The notes under the pieces were generated by a model. The model searched no databases and had not been told where the DNA came from. It saw nothing but the letters and a program-made list of their open reading frames with translations. 64,000 nt of DNA from a virus: positions 30,262 through 94,261 of IMG/VR virus record IMGVR_UViG_3300026519_000001. One strand, 5' to 3'. The translations under genes were made by a program, and so were the position numbers. The stretch's first letter is position 1, and every line of letters begins with the position of its first letter. Below are positions 49,823 to 57,894 of this stretch, piece by piece.

Positions 49823-50329
49823 ATGAACATTGTAGAAAAATCTAAAAAATATGCATGTGAATCCCATGCCAATACTAATCATTATTATGATTTTGATAAG
49901 CCATATAGTACACATTTAAATATGGTATATAATATAGCTAAACACTTTATATCGTTAGTTAATGATGAAGACCAAGATAATGTATTGGCAGCTTGTTGGA
50001 CACACGATATTATTGAAGATGCAAGACAAACATATGATGATGTTTTAAAAAATACTAATAAAACAATAGCTGATATTACTTATGCTCTTACTAATGAAAA
50101 AGGTAAGAATAGAAAAGAAAGAGCTAATAATAAATATTTTGAAGGCATTAGAAATATACCAAATTCTTCTTTTGTTAAATTGTGTGATAGAATAGCTAAT
50201 GTTACTTATTCTAAAAAAAATAAATCACCAATGTTTATTAAATATAAAAAAGAAAATAGTATATTTGTAAAGTCTATAGATCAATTTGGATTAAAACCAA
50301 TGATACAATATTTAGATGACATTAGTTAA
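49823..50329 (+). CDS. HD-domain small alarmone hydrolase-like protein (RelA/SpoT hydrolase / Mesh1 family)
   Basis: A...H, PY..HL, AA..HDIIED, ALT and VKL.DRI.N motifs in the correct order. Confidence 0.8.
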   Translation: MNIVEKSKKYACESHANTNHYYDFDKPYSTHLNMVYNIAKHFISLVNDEDQDNVLAACWTHDIIEDARQTYDDVLKNTNKTIADITYALTNEKGKNRKERANNKYFEGIRNIPNSSFVKLCDRIANVTYSKKNKSPMFIKYKKENSIFVKSIDQFGLKPMIQYLDDIS

Positions 50330-50336
50330 TAAATAT

Positions 50337-50686
50337 GGGGCTGACTGATATTGACAGGATGATATTGATAATATATGCAAGCACGTGATGATATGAGACA
50401 CGTATGAAACGTATCAACTTAATAATTAACAAGAATGAAAATTCTGCTGAAGACATACAAGGTATGGAATCAGCTTTAGCTGAAGCTAAAGTAATCTTAA
50501 TGACTCCTGTAAAGGAAGAAAGAATGCTAATTGCAGCTTAATCGTTTAATTGTATTTGATAAAGGTTTATTAATTCCTTAAAAATTAAATAATGCGAATA
50601 TATAATTAGTAATAATTATTAAAAGCTTGTAATATCATATATTATTTATACATAGCTGGACCAGAGTTTGATTCTCTGCAGCTCCA
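50337..50686 (+). ncRNA. ssrA: tmRNA
   Basis: 5' GGGGCTGA; 3' T arm CAGAG-TTTGATT-CTCTG; acceptor CAGCTCC-A with G3:U70; pk1 (ACGTG/CACGT, TGATATG/CGTATCA); tag ORF 50428-50541 ending LIAA-stop. Confidence 0.88.
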
Positions 50687-50770
50687 CTTAACCAAATATG
50701 GTACTCAGTCTGTAAAAGGGTAGCTGAGTTACTATATTTGAATTTTATATTTAAATTAAACAAAAGTAAA

Positions 50771-51343
50771 ATGAAAAAAATATTAATTTTAATAACTTTA
50801 ATAGGATTTGTGAGTTGTAATTCATTTAAAGTTGATCCAATTACAGCATACATAATTGATGAAGGTCAACATAATTCATATTCATATAATTTTAATAATA
50901 AACGTAAAAAAAATCCTATTGCACCTATTTTAATACGTGGTAATAGATTAGAATTTAATTTTATGTTTACATCTCAACATATTTACAATTATAATATTAA
51001 AGATGGTGATGATATTAATAAATTATATGGGATAACATCTACTAAGATACATCAAAATTCAGCACGTTTTGGGTGGAGGTATATTGGCAATAATAAGTTT
51101 GAAATATTTGCATATTATTATGTAAAAGGAATTAGAGATTGGTATAGTCTATTAATAGTTAAAATTAACGAAACTGTTAAATATTCTATTGATGTAAGTA
51201 ATAAACAATATACTTTTGGTGCTAATAATAATTGGCATCATGTATATAATACAAAAAATATAATGGCATTTAGATCATATCCTTGGTTTGGTGGCAATAA
51301 TACTGCACCACATAAAATGATATTTAAAATAATAGAATTATAG
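50771..51343 (+). CDS. Lipoprotein with beta-sandwich (lectin/ConA-like) character
   Basis: MKKILILITLIGFVS-C lipobox; DINKLYG, H.NSARFGWR and YPWFGG motifs; TATATTTG at 50733. Confidence 0.6.
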   Translation: MKKILILITLIGFVSCNSFKVDPITAYIIDEGQHNSYSYNFNNKRKKNPIAPILIRGNRLEFNFMFTSQHIYNYNIKDGDDINKLYGITSTKIHQNSARFGWRYIGNNKFEIFAYYYVKGIRDWYSLLIVKINETVKYSIDVSNKQYTFGANNNWHHVYNTKNIMAFRSYPWFGGNNTAPHKMIFKIIEL

Positions 51344-51495
51344 AATACTGGCTCTAAAGTATAGGATTACTTAGAGGGATTTCAGAAACAGCCTATAGTT
51401 TCGTGGAAAGGGAGCTAGATAAAGGAGTCGTAACTAGTAAGATAGTAAGTCAGGTGGGAAAGGCTATCATTTTTTTTAATTTAAATTTATATAAT

Positions 51496-51639
51496 ATGAA
51501 AGACCCAAAAGAAAGAGAAGATGTTGAAGATTATACTCCTACAGAAGAAGAAAAAAATGAGATGAAAGAATATGAAGAAAAAATAGAATGGTTTACAGAA
51601 AGAAGTAGGGGATGCAATTCTAAGAGAAGATGTAAATAG
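51496..51639 (+). CDS. Small acidic protein (start refined to MKDPKERE)
   Basis: ATG with AT-rich leader. The GTG extension runs through a structured region. Confidence 0.5.
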   Translation: MKDPKEREDVEDYTPTEEEKNEMKEYEEKIEWFTERSRGCNSKRRCK

Positions 51640-51782
51640 ATTTCTTTAATTATTTTCAATTGTTTAAATATAGTTAGATTTTTAACACAATTGAATATAA
51701 TGATAAATTTTATCCTAATGGTTTGTAACGGCTATTGTATGAAGCGGCACGATTTTACCGCACGAATTTTAAACAATAACTA

Positions 51783-52232
51783 ATGACTGAAAACAAAACA
51801 ATACTTCGATTAAAAGACAATGTAAGTGCTGATTTATATACATTGTTAACTACTGGGCGGATTTTATTTATGACGCTTAATAGAAAATGGTACACCAAAA
51901 TTGCGTGTGGAGAAAAGAAGGAAGAATATAGAATCATTAAGCCTTATTGGATTAGACGATTTATAAACTGGATGAGCGAACCAAACTGGGGAATGAACGA
52001 CTTTGTGAGAGAATTTGAATATCACGGCAATGAATTAGGCTTTATTGAAAAGCACGGAAAAGAATTTGACTTAATTGTATTTGTTAATGGATACGGAAAT
52101 GCACCAACTACAATAGTAGAGCATAAAGGGCTTGAAATAAAGACTGGTAGAGAAGATTGGGGAGCGGTGGCAGAGCAATTTTATTTAACTATTAAACTTG
52201 GCAAAGTGCTATACACCGAGCCTTGTAGTTAA
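51783..52232 (+). CDS. ASCH-domain-like protein (cassette gene)
   Basis: L..KWY..I..GEKKEEYR.IKPYW..R and F.NGY motifs; stop codon lies inside TAAC. Confidence 0.7.
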   Translation: MTENKTILRLKDNVSADLYTLLTTGRILFMTLNRKWYTKIACGEKKEEYRIIKPYWIRRFINWMSEPNWGMNDFVREFEYHGNELGFIEKHGKEFDLIVFVNGYGNAPTTIVEHKGLEIKTGREDWGAVAEQFYLTIKLGKVLYTEPCS

Positions 52233-52385
52233 CGGTTTGTATATGATTTTGTAGGCATAGACAAGCACGAACTTTGGATTAGATACCTACTTAAATAGAA
52301 AGAATTAAACATTGAATTATTAACCAACTGCCTATAAATTATATACTTTGTTATATATCTGGGCGGTTTTAAAAACAAAAAGATT

Positions 52386-52676
52386 ATGACTAAAGAAGAA
52401 TTTAAAAACAAGTACTTAAAAAACGCTTTCTTTTGGATAAATGAAGAGAACCATATTAAAATACAAGAAGTGATGCAAGAGTTTGGCATTCGATGTGTTA
52501 CTGGAAGTGGATTTATAAACTGGCACGAAGGATTTAAAAACTTATGTACTTTCCCGCCAAACGGTTTTACAGGACACGAATTTTACCAAAAAGTAGATGT
52601 GTGGACACCAAACGCAAGATATGGAGAACCTAAAAATATTGAGCGTTTTTTTGTTGATTATAAAGCACTAACGTAG
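52386..52676 (+). CDS. Hypothetical cassette protein
   Basis: Fills the space between GTT 52350 and AAC 52687-52689. Confidence 0.6.
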   Translation: MTKEEFKNKYLKNAFFWINEENHIKIQEVMQEFGIRCVTGSGFINWHEGFKNLCTFPPNGFTGHEFYQKVDVWTPNARYGEPKNIERFFVDYKALT

Positions 52677-52944
52677 CCTTGTATATAACTTTAAAGAGTA
52701 TGATTTGTAGCGGTTAAATAACTAAAAATAATATTTAAAATGAAAACAATAATAGATAATTTAAATGAATTAAAGGAACTAAATATTTAAAGTGTGGAAA
52801 AAAATATATTGTAACCAAAGATTGCCTAGGTTATTTTATAAATGTAAGAAACGATAATGAAGTGATACAAGCTACAAACTCATCCTTTTTTAAAAAATAA
52901 TTACTTACAACTGAATAGTATAACAAATTTTAAATTTAAACATT

Positions 52945-53169
52945 ATGACAGGAGAAGAATATAGTAAAAAGTACGATTTAGCTATCAATTTTAAAATAAT
53001 GGCTAAAGAAGCATTTAATGAAGGATTAAAACAAGGTCGTTCAGAAAATGAAACCAAACGTTTTAACAAACTTAAAAGGGAAGTAATAAAATTAAGGGAA
53101 GAAAATAAATGGATGAATGGTGTACTTAACGATCCTGAAAAGTTAGCGGATTGGATTGGTGGAATTTAA
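52945..53169 (+). CDS. Hypothetical protein inside an attC-like hairpin loop
   Basis: Flanked by GTATAACAAA and TTTGTTATAC arms. Confidence 0.6.
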   Translation: MTGEEYSKKYDLAINFKIMAKEAFNEGLKQGRSENETKRFNKLKREVIKLREENKWMNGVLNDPEKLADWIGGI

Positions 53170-53361
53170 TTTTTGTTATACATAGTTAATAGCTTTTTTA
53201 GGTAAGTTTACGCAGAATAAAATTAACACAAAAATAAGTGAACAGAATACAAAAAGTATCGCAAGAATTACGTAATATGCTAAAATTGCATACTAACGTA
53301 GCGGTTATGGCTTGTGCGGTTAAGAAGTTGAATTTTAAAATAACAATTAAATAATATTGAA

Positions 53362-53763
53362 ATGGAAGCAAAAAATTTAAGAATTGGAAATTATTACTAT
53401 CAAGATGGTTTTTATAGAATTGAAAGAAATAAACCAAGAATATATATACCAACTAGGAATTTTATATTAAATAAAGAAACTTTAATTTGGCTACTTACAG
53501 AAGGCGAATTAGATTATATTAAGCCTATAAAATTAACAGAAGAATGGTTAATAAATTTTGGATTAATTGAAACACATTATGGCGAATATATTTTAACTAA
53601 TAATTATTGGGGTATCTATTTTTATTATGATAAAGATGAAGAATATTGGTTTGTAAATGCTAATAATGAATATGCAATATGCAAATTTAAATACGTACAC
53701 GAATTACAAAATTTATTTTTTGCTTTAACTGGAAACGAACTAGAATTTAAGCATAAGTTATAA
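53362..53763 (+). CDS. YopX-like phage protein, inside a hairpin loop
   Basis: LRIGN, IKPIKLTEEWL..FG and KYVHELQNLFFALTG.EL motifs. Confidence 0.65.
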   Translation: MEAKNLRIGNYYYQDGFYRIERNKPRIYIPTRNFILNKETLIWLLTEGELDYIKPIKLTEEWLINFGLIETHYGEYILTNNYWGIYFYYDKDEEYWFVNANNEYAICKFKYVHELQNLFFALTGNELEFKHKL

Positions 53764-53914
53764 CCTTAGTTGGTATTTGTTTTGGAACTGGTAAAAGCAC
53801 TTAGCAAATAAACGCCAAAATAAGAAATTATTGGCAAACTTTTGTAGATACATAAAAACAACCAATATAAACTGCAACGGAATACAGCTATGAAGCGTTG
53901 CCGACTAAAACATT

Positions 53915-54250
53915 ATGCAAGTAGGAGAAAAATTTGATTTTAAAAAATTGTCAATTAGAAATGTAGATGCAAATTATATCCTAAAAATATTACGTTCTAA
54001 TATGTCAATATTCTGGTCGTGGGGTGCACGTGCATTCGTTGACCTTAATGGCAAAGGTTTACGACTTACAGTTAGTGGACACCATCACAAAGGTCATTTG
54101 TACATTGTTCTAAATGGTGCAGACTTATTTGACATATACTACTGCTCTAATCGTGGCACTATCAAAGATGTACATACCGATATATTCTTTGACCAATTGG
54201 TTGAGGTTATTGACAACAAAATTGAACGTATAGCAGACTATACGTATTAA
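53915..54250 (+). CDS. Hypothetical phage protein
   Basis: GL...V.G..HKG..YI.LN..DLFDI...DIFFDQLV..ID..IE. Confidence 0.6.
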   Translation: MQVGEKFDFKKLSIRNVDANYILKILRSNMSIFWSWGARAFVDLNGKGLRLTVSGHHHKGHLYIVLNGADLFDIYYCSNRGTIKDVHTDIFFDQLVEVIDNKIERIADYTY

Positions 54251-54283
54251 GATAAGCGAGTCCGTCAAATCTGAACGGAAACT

Positions 54284-54313
54284 AGGTAAGGGGGTTAAAT
54301 TCCCTTACCTTTT
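54284..54313 (+). terminator. Intrinsic terminator
   Basis: AGGTAAGGG...CCCTTACCT followed by TTT. Confidence 0.65.
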
Positions 54314-54564
54314 AATTTCCCTAAGTATTAGGATATTAAGATAGAACAATGTACATTTGTTAAACACTAAAGCAAAAGAAGCTAAAGAGTTTGTGAAAAT
54401 AGAATACGAACAGTACCAATATGACACCTTAGTAACTAAGGACAGTAATGGCAAGGAAGAATCTACAAGTATTAACTATAAAGAAATGGTTAATTGGATT
54501 ATACGCACTAAACCTAATGGTGCGTAACGCCTATTGTATGGTGCGTTATAAAGCTAAAATTGAT

Positions 54565-54828
54565 ATGAAAACACAACCTAAAAGTACAAGAGAAAAAGTA
54601 ACTATGGAAGAAGTAAATAAGGCACTATACAAATTGTTAGGTGCTGTTGGTTCTTCTGTTGAATTTACTTACAAAGGGGACAAAAAGGTAAAAGGAATAC
54701 TTCTTGTACCTATTGAGGAAGGTATTTTGCTTGAAATGCAATCGGACTACATAGCTAATGAAGAATGGTTTGCAGGTGAAAAGAAGTATTTCGAGAATAG
54801 GACGGTGTATAATTACAATTGCACCTAA
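54565..54828 (+). CDS. Hypothetical chimeric cassette protein (start refined to MKTQPKST)
   Basis: Starts in a hairpin loop, reads through the right arm (ALYKLLGAV), and stops in TAAT of the next degenerate site. Confidence 0.55.
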   Translation: MKTQPKSTREKVTMEEVNKALYKLLGAVGSSVEFTYKGDKKVKGILLVPIEEGILLEMQSDYIANEEWFAGEKKYFENRTVYNYNCT

Positions 54829-54921
54829 TGGCAAAGAGAGTAGTATGGAGGGGTGGAAATGTTGCGGTTAATATAGGCTAAACGCATTGCGTTTATATTA
54901 AAATCAATAAAATAATATAAT

Positions 54922-55089
54922 ATGAATGAAACATTATATCCAATTCAAGTTGTTGCTCAAATGATTGGAGCATATATTTATGCAAAAACACAAGTTAAAA
55001 TAATTGTAGAAATACCTAAAGATGATACTAAACAAATGGAGCTGTTCCTTAAAGCAGCAAATGTGGCTATGACATATCATGGCATTTAA
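54922..55089 (+). CDS. Small hypothetical protein (55 aa)
   Basis: MNETLYPIQVVAQMIGAYIY...; read manually. Confidence 0.5.
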   Translation: MNETLYPIQVVAQMIGAYIYAKTQVKIIVEIPKDDTKQMELFLKAANVAMTYHGI

Positions 55090-55122
55090 TAAATTAAGAA
55101 AATAAATTAAATTATAATAAAG

Positions 55123-55665
55123 ATGGGAAAAGAAAATCAAACTTCAGATGCTTTAAAGCCTGAAATTGTAGTTGTTAGAATAATGAATAACAACAAAGAT
55201 GCTGCAAGTCCAAATAAGACATTGCAATTACGTTGGAAGACACAAAAAATTGGTGGTAATGATGGCGTACTTAATATGTTTCTTAAAGGAGGTATTGAAG
55301 CTGTTGAAAATAGAGTTGCCTTACAGGTGATGCATCAAGAACATATTGATGAATATGGTCTTAAAGAAGATTCATTACTTAATGATTTATTACCTACACC
55401 AGTTAGGTTAACTATTAAAGAAATAAACGCAGTTGAATATCACGAAATTTTAAATTCTGAGAATCCTGAAGCTGCTAAAGCTTATAGCATTAAGCAAAAT
55501 CCTGAAAAGGGAACTTATATGTTAGATGCTGATGGTGATTATATTTACAGAACAGTAAGTGTAACATCAGTAGATGTACAAGACAAGTATCTTGCTAATG
55601 TTCAAGAAACATTAGAAGCTCCAGAAGGAGTTACCAATGAAATAATTGAAAATTTGCAAGCTTAA
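55123..55665 (+). CDS. Hypothetical protein (possible nucleic-acid-binding, acidic tail)
   Basis: 180-aa ORF followed by a terminator. Confidence 0.55.
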   Translation: MGKENQTSDALKPEIVVVRIMNNNKDAASPNKTLQLRWKTQKIGGNDGVLNMFLKGGIEAVENRVALQVMHQEHIDEYGLKEDSLLNDLLPTPVRLTIKEINAVEYHEILNSENPEAAKAYSIKQNPEKGTYMLDADGDYIYRTVSVTSVDVQDKYLANVQETLEAPEGVTNEIIENLQA

Positions 55666-55683
55666 TTAGTGAGATGATTAAGT

Positions 55684-55714
55684 AAAAGGTGTAGCTTTAT
55701 AGCTATACCTTTTT
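55684..55714 (+). terminator. Intrinsic terminator
   Basis: AAAAGGTGTAGCT-ttat-AGCTATACCTTTT. Confidence 0.7.
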
Positions 55715-55742
55715 GTATTTAAAATAAACTAAAATTAAAATT

Positions 55743-55910
55743 ATGTTATATATATTATTAAGCATATCATTATTTTTAAGTATAATATCATTGTATGGAA
55801 TAGTTAAAGTGTTAAATAATGATAATTTTAACAATTTGAGTATTAATCAAATTATATTTGTTTGGCTTTTAATGAGTATTTCTTGGGGAATTTATAGTTA
55901 TTTATTATGA
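55743..55910 (+). CDS. Small two-TM membrane protein (55 aa)
   Basis: Read manually; ATGA overlap with the next gene. Confidence 0.5.
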   Translation: MLYILLSISLFLSIISLYGIVKVLNNDNFNNLSINQIIFVWLLMSISWGIYSYLL

Positions 55911-56863
55911 TGAAATCAGAAGAAAAATTACTATCAATAAATGAATTAGAAATAGGGAGATATTATCATTGTAGTTGGAATAGTTACCATAATGTAGCTA
56001 TTACTTATATTAAAGAGCCAATAATAAAAAAAAATACTAATTTTACATTGTTCTATAAACAAAAATTATTTAAAAATAATGGAGAATTAACATCATTGTC
56101 TAATAAATTCAGACCAGCTACATTATCTGAAATAAAATGGTTTGATAAATGTAAAAAAGCTGGTAAATTTGTACCAAAAAATTATGCTCCTAAAAGTAAT
56201 ATTCCAAATGAGCTGTTAGATAATGTTATTTATACTTATTTTAACGGAGATATTGTTAGGTGGGGAGCTCAAGCTCATTTAGGTAATGGTTGTAAAGATT
56301 TTTTTAAAAGAGGTAGCAATATTAATAATATACCATCTAATTACACATTTTCAACTCAAAGTGAACGTGAATGGTTAATTACTTGTGAAGAAGCAGGTAA
56401 GTTTATTAAATTTGAGGATAGATATAATATGAAATTATCTATAAAGAGAACTTTATTAACTAAAGAAGATTTTAGAAATACTAAAATTTTATTAAATGGA
56501 GATGAAGAAAAATCTAAGAAATTTCAAGATTTAATATTTTCACTTGATATTGAATGGTTTCATAGTAGAAAAAATTATACTCATTTAAAAGCAACATATT
56601 TAATTATTAATAATAATTACAATTTATTTTATGGAGTTGACAAAACAGAATTTAAAACAGAAGAAGGAAATGAAATATTTTATAATGATTTATTTTCTAT
56701 AATTAATCCTAAATTTAGAATACAAGAAGAAAATAACTTATTAAAAAGATCAAATGAAGTAATCAATAAAATTGAATTATACATTAAGCCTCAATATAAA
56801 GTTATTGAACAAGCACAACAAGTTAAATTAAAATTAAAACAAATTAAATTAATAAAATTATGA
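55907..56863 (+). CDS. Hypothetical protein with internal repeated module
   Basis: AT.SEIKWF.KC.KAGKFV and ST.SEREWL.TC.EAGKFI are duplicated. Confidence 0.6.
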   Translation: MMKSEEKLLSINELEIGRYYHCSWNSYHNVAITYIKEPIIKKNTNFTLFYKQKLFKNNGELTSLSNKFRPATLSEIKWFDKCKKAGKFVPKNYAPKSNIPNELLDNVIYTYFNGDIVRWGAQAHLGNGCKDFFKRGSNINNIPSNYTFSTQSEREWLITCEEAGKFIKFEDRYNMKLSIKRTLLTKEDFRNTKILLNGDEEKSKKFQDLIFSLDIEWFHSRKNYTHLKATYLIINNNYNLFYGVDKTEFKTEEGNEIFYNDLFSIINPKFRIQEENNLLKRSNEVINKIELYIKPQYKVIEQAQQVKLKLKQIKLIKL

Positions 56864-57255
56864 CAAAAGTAAAAATAAATGCATTTGTAAAAACTGCTAC
56901 AGAAGGAATTAATAAAACAGAAACAGAATTAGTAGTTGAAAAAGTAAATGAATTTTTAGATGAAGCTCGTACTGAAATTACAGTTCAATTAGCACAAGCT
57001 AATGCAGAAGTAATTAGGTCTAAAGCTTTTCTTAGTAAAGAAAAAGCTCATTTAGTTAAAGCTAAGAAAGAATTTGAAGTAAGTCGTACTACTACTCCTG
57101 CTTCTGGCACATTAGCAGAATACATTAGTAATCGTCAGGCTGCTGAATTTAATTTAAATTTTAGAAAAGCTGAATTATCTCAAGCTGAATTAAATGTAAA
57201 ATCAAATGAGCTTGTAGTAATTCAATATCAAGATATTGAAAAAGATTTAGCTTAA
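56860..57255 (+). CDS. Coiled-coil protein
   Basis: Ala/Glu/Lys heptads. Confidence 0.6.
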   Translation: MTKVKINAFVKTATEGINKTETELVVEKVNEFLDEARTEITVQLAQANAEVIRSKAFLSKEKAHLVKAKKEFEVSRTTTPASGTLAEYISNRQAAEFNLNFRKAELSQAELNVKSNELVVIQYQDIEKDLA

Positions 57256-57290
57256 TTAATATAAAATTTGGTAATATTTATTATATTTGT

Positions 57291-57806
57291 ATGATAGAAA
57301 TTTGGAAAGATATAGAAGGTTATGAAAATCATTATCAAGTATCTAATTTAAATAATTATAGGTCAATAAAAAAAGGAAAAATAAGAAATTTAAAATTAGG
57401 AAACACAAATGGGAGACCAACTTTAAATTTATCAAAAGATGGTGTTGTAGAAAAAGTATATTTCAATAAAAAATATCGTAGTAAAAATGAAAATTACACA
57501 AAAGGAGATAAAATAAAAAATATGAAATTTATCTCATATACTGATAGGATAGGTGGTAAATTTGAAATAGCTATATTTGAATGTCCAATATGTCGTAAAC
57601 ATTATAAAACTACTTTTATTACTGTTTTTAACGGAACTAAATCTTGTGGTTGCATTAGAAAATCTAAAAGAAAAATAACACCTGAAAAAGTATTAAAAAT
57701 ATTAAAAATAAATCCTTTTATAAAAACAAATGAATTGACTAAAATATTTAATATAAGTAAATCTTGGGCTTTAAAAAATAAAACATTAGCATTTAAATTA
57801 ATGTAA
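57291..57806 (+). CDS. NUMOD4-domain protein (homing-endonuclease-related; no clear HNH)
   Basis: EIWKDIEGYE..YQVSNL, plus CPIC...KSCGC and a C-terminal HTH-like segment. Confidence 0.7.
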   Translation: MIEIWKDIEGYENHYQVSNLNNYRSIKKGKIRNLKLGNTNGRPTLNLSKDGVVEKVYFNKKYRSKNENYTKGDKIKNMKFISYTDRIGGKFEIAIFECPICRKHYKTTFITVFNGTKSCGCIRKSKRKITPEKVLKILKINPFIKTNELTKIFNISKSWALKNKTLAFKLM

Positions 57807-57894
57807 AGGCATGGCTAACAAATAAACAAACGAGGATTTGGTATCCAAGCACGGTAATTTATCGTGTAGCTTAAGTTCGAATCTTACCTTTATA
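57803..57894 (+). pseudogene. Degenerate tRNA-like element with long variable arm
   Basis: Acceptor GTAAAGG/CCTTTAT, TAAG-TTCGAAT-CTTA, variable arm CACGGT/ATCGTG; D arm poorly formed. Confidence 0.45.

Larger units (their letters stand above)
51726..54829 (+). mobile_element. Array of attC-like AAC...GTT imperfect inverted repeats bounding gene cassettes (integron/CALIN-like; no integrase in window)
   Basis: Elements at about 51726-51848, 52230-52353, 52686-52891 (degenerate), 52908-53187, 53294-53771, 53875- (left arm only), 54525-54639 and 54826- (degenerate). In at least three cassettes the leading GTT motif is complementary to the cassette's own terminal AAC motif. Confidence 0.65.

Noticed and set aside
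51726-54829. CRISPR array
   Set aside because: Repeats are divergent imperfect inverted repeats with gene-sized, variable spacing, not identical direct repeats with uniform spacers.
57291-57806. Active HNH homing endonuclease, or the recombinase for the cassette array
   Set aside because: NUMOD4 and zinc motifs are present, but no HNH catalytic motif or tyrosine-recombinase R-H-R-Y signature.
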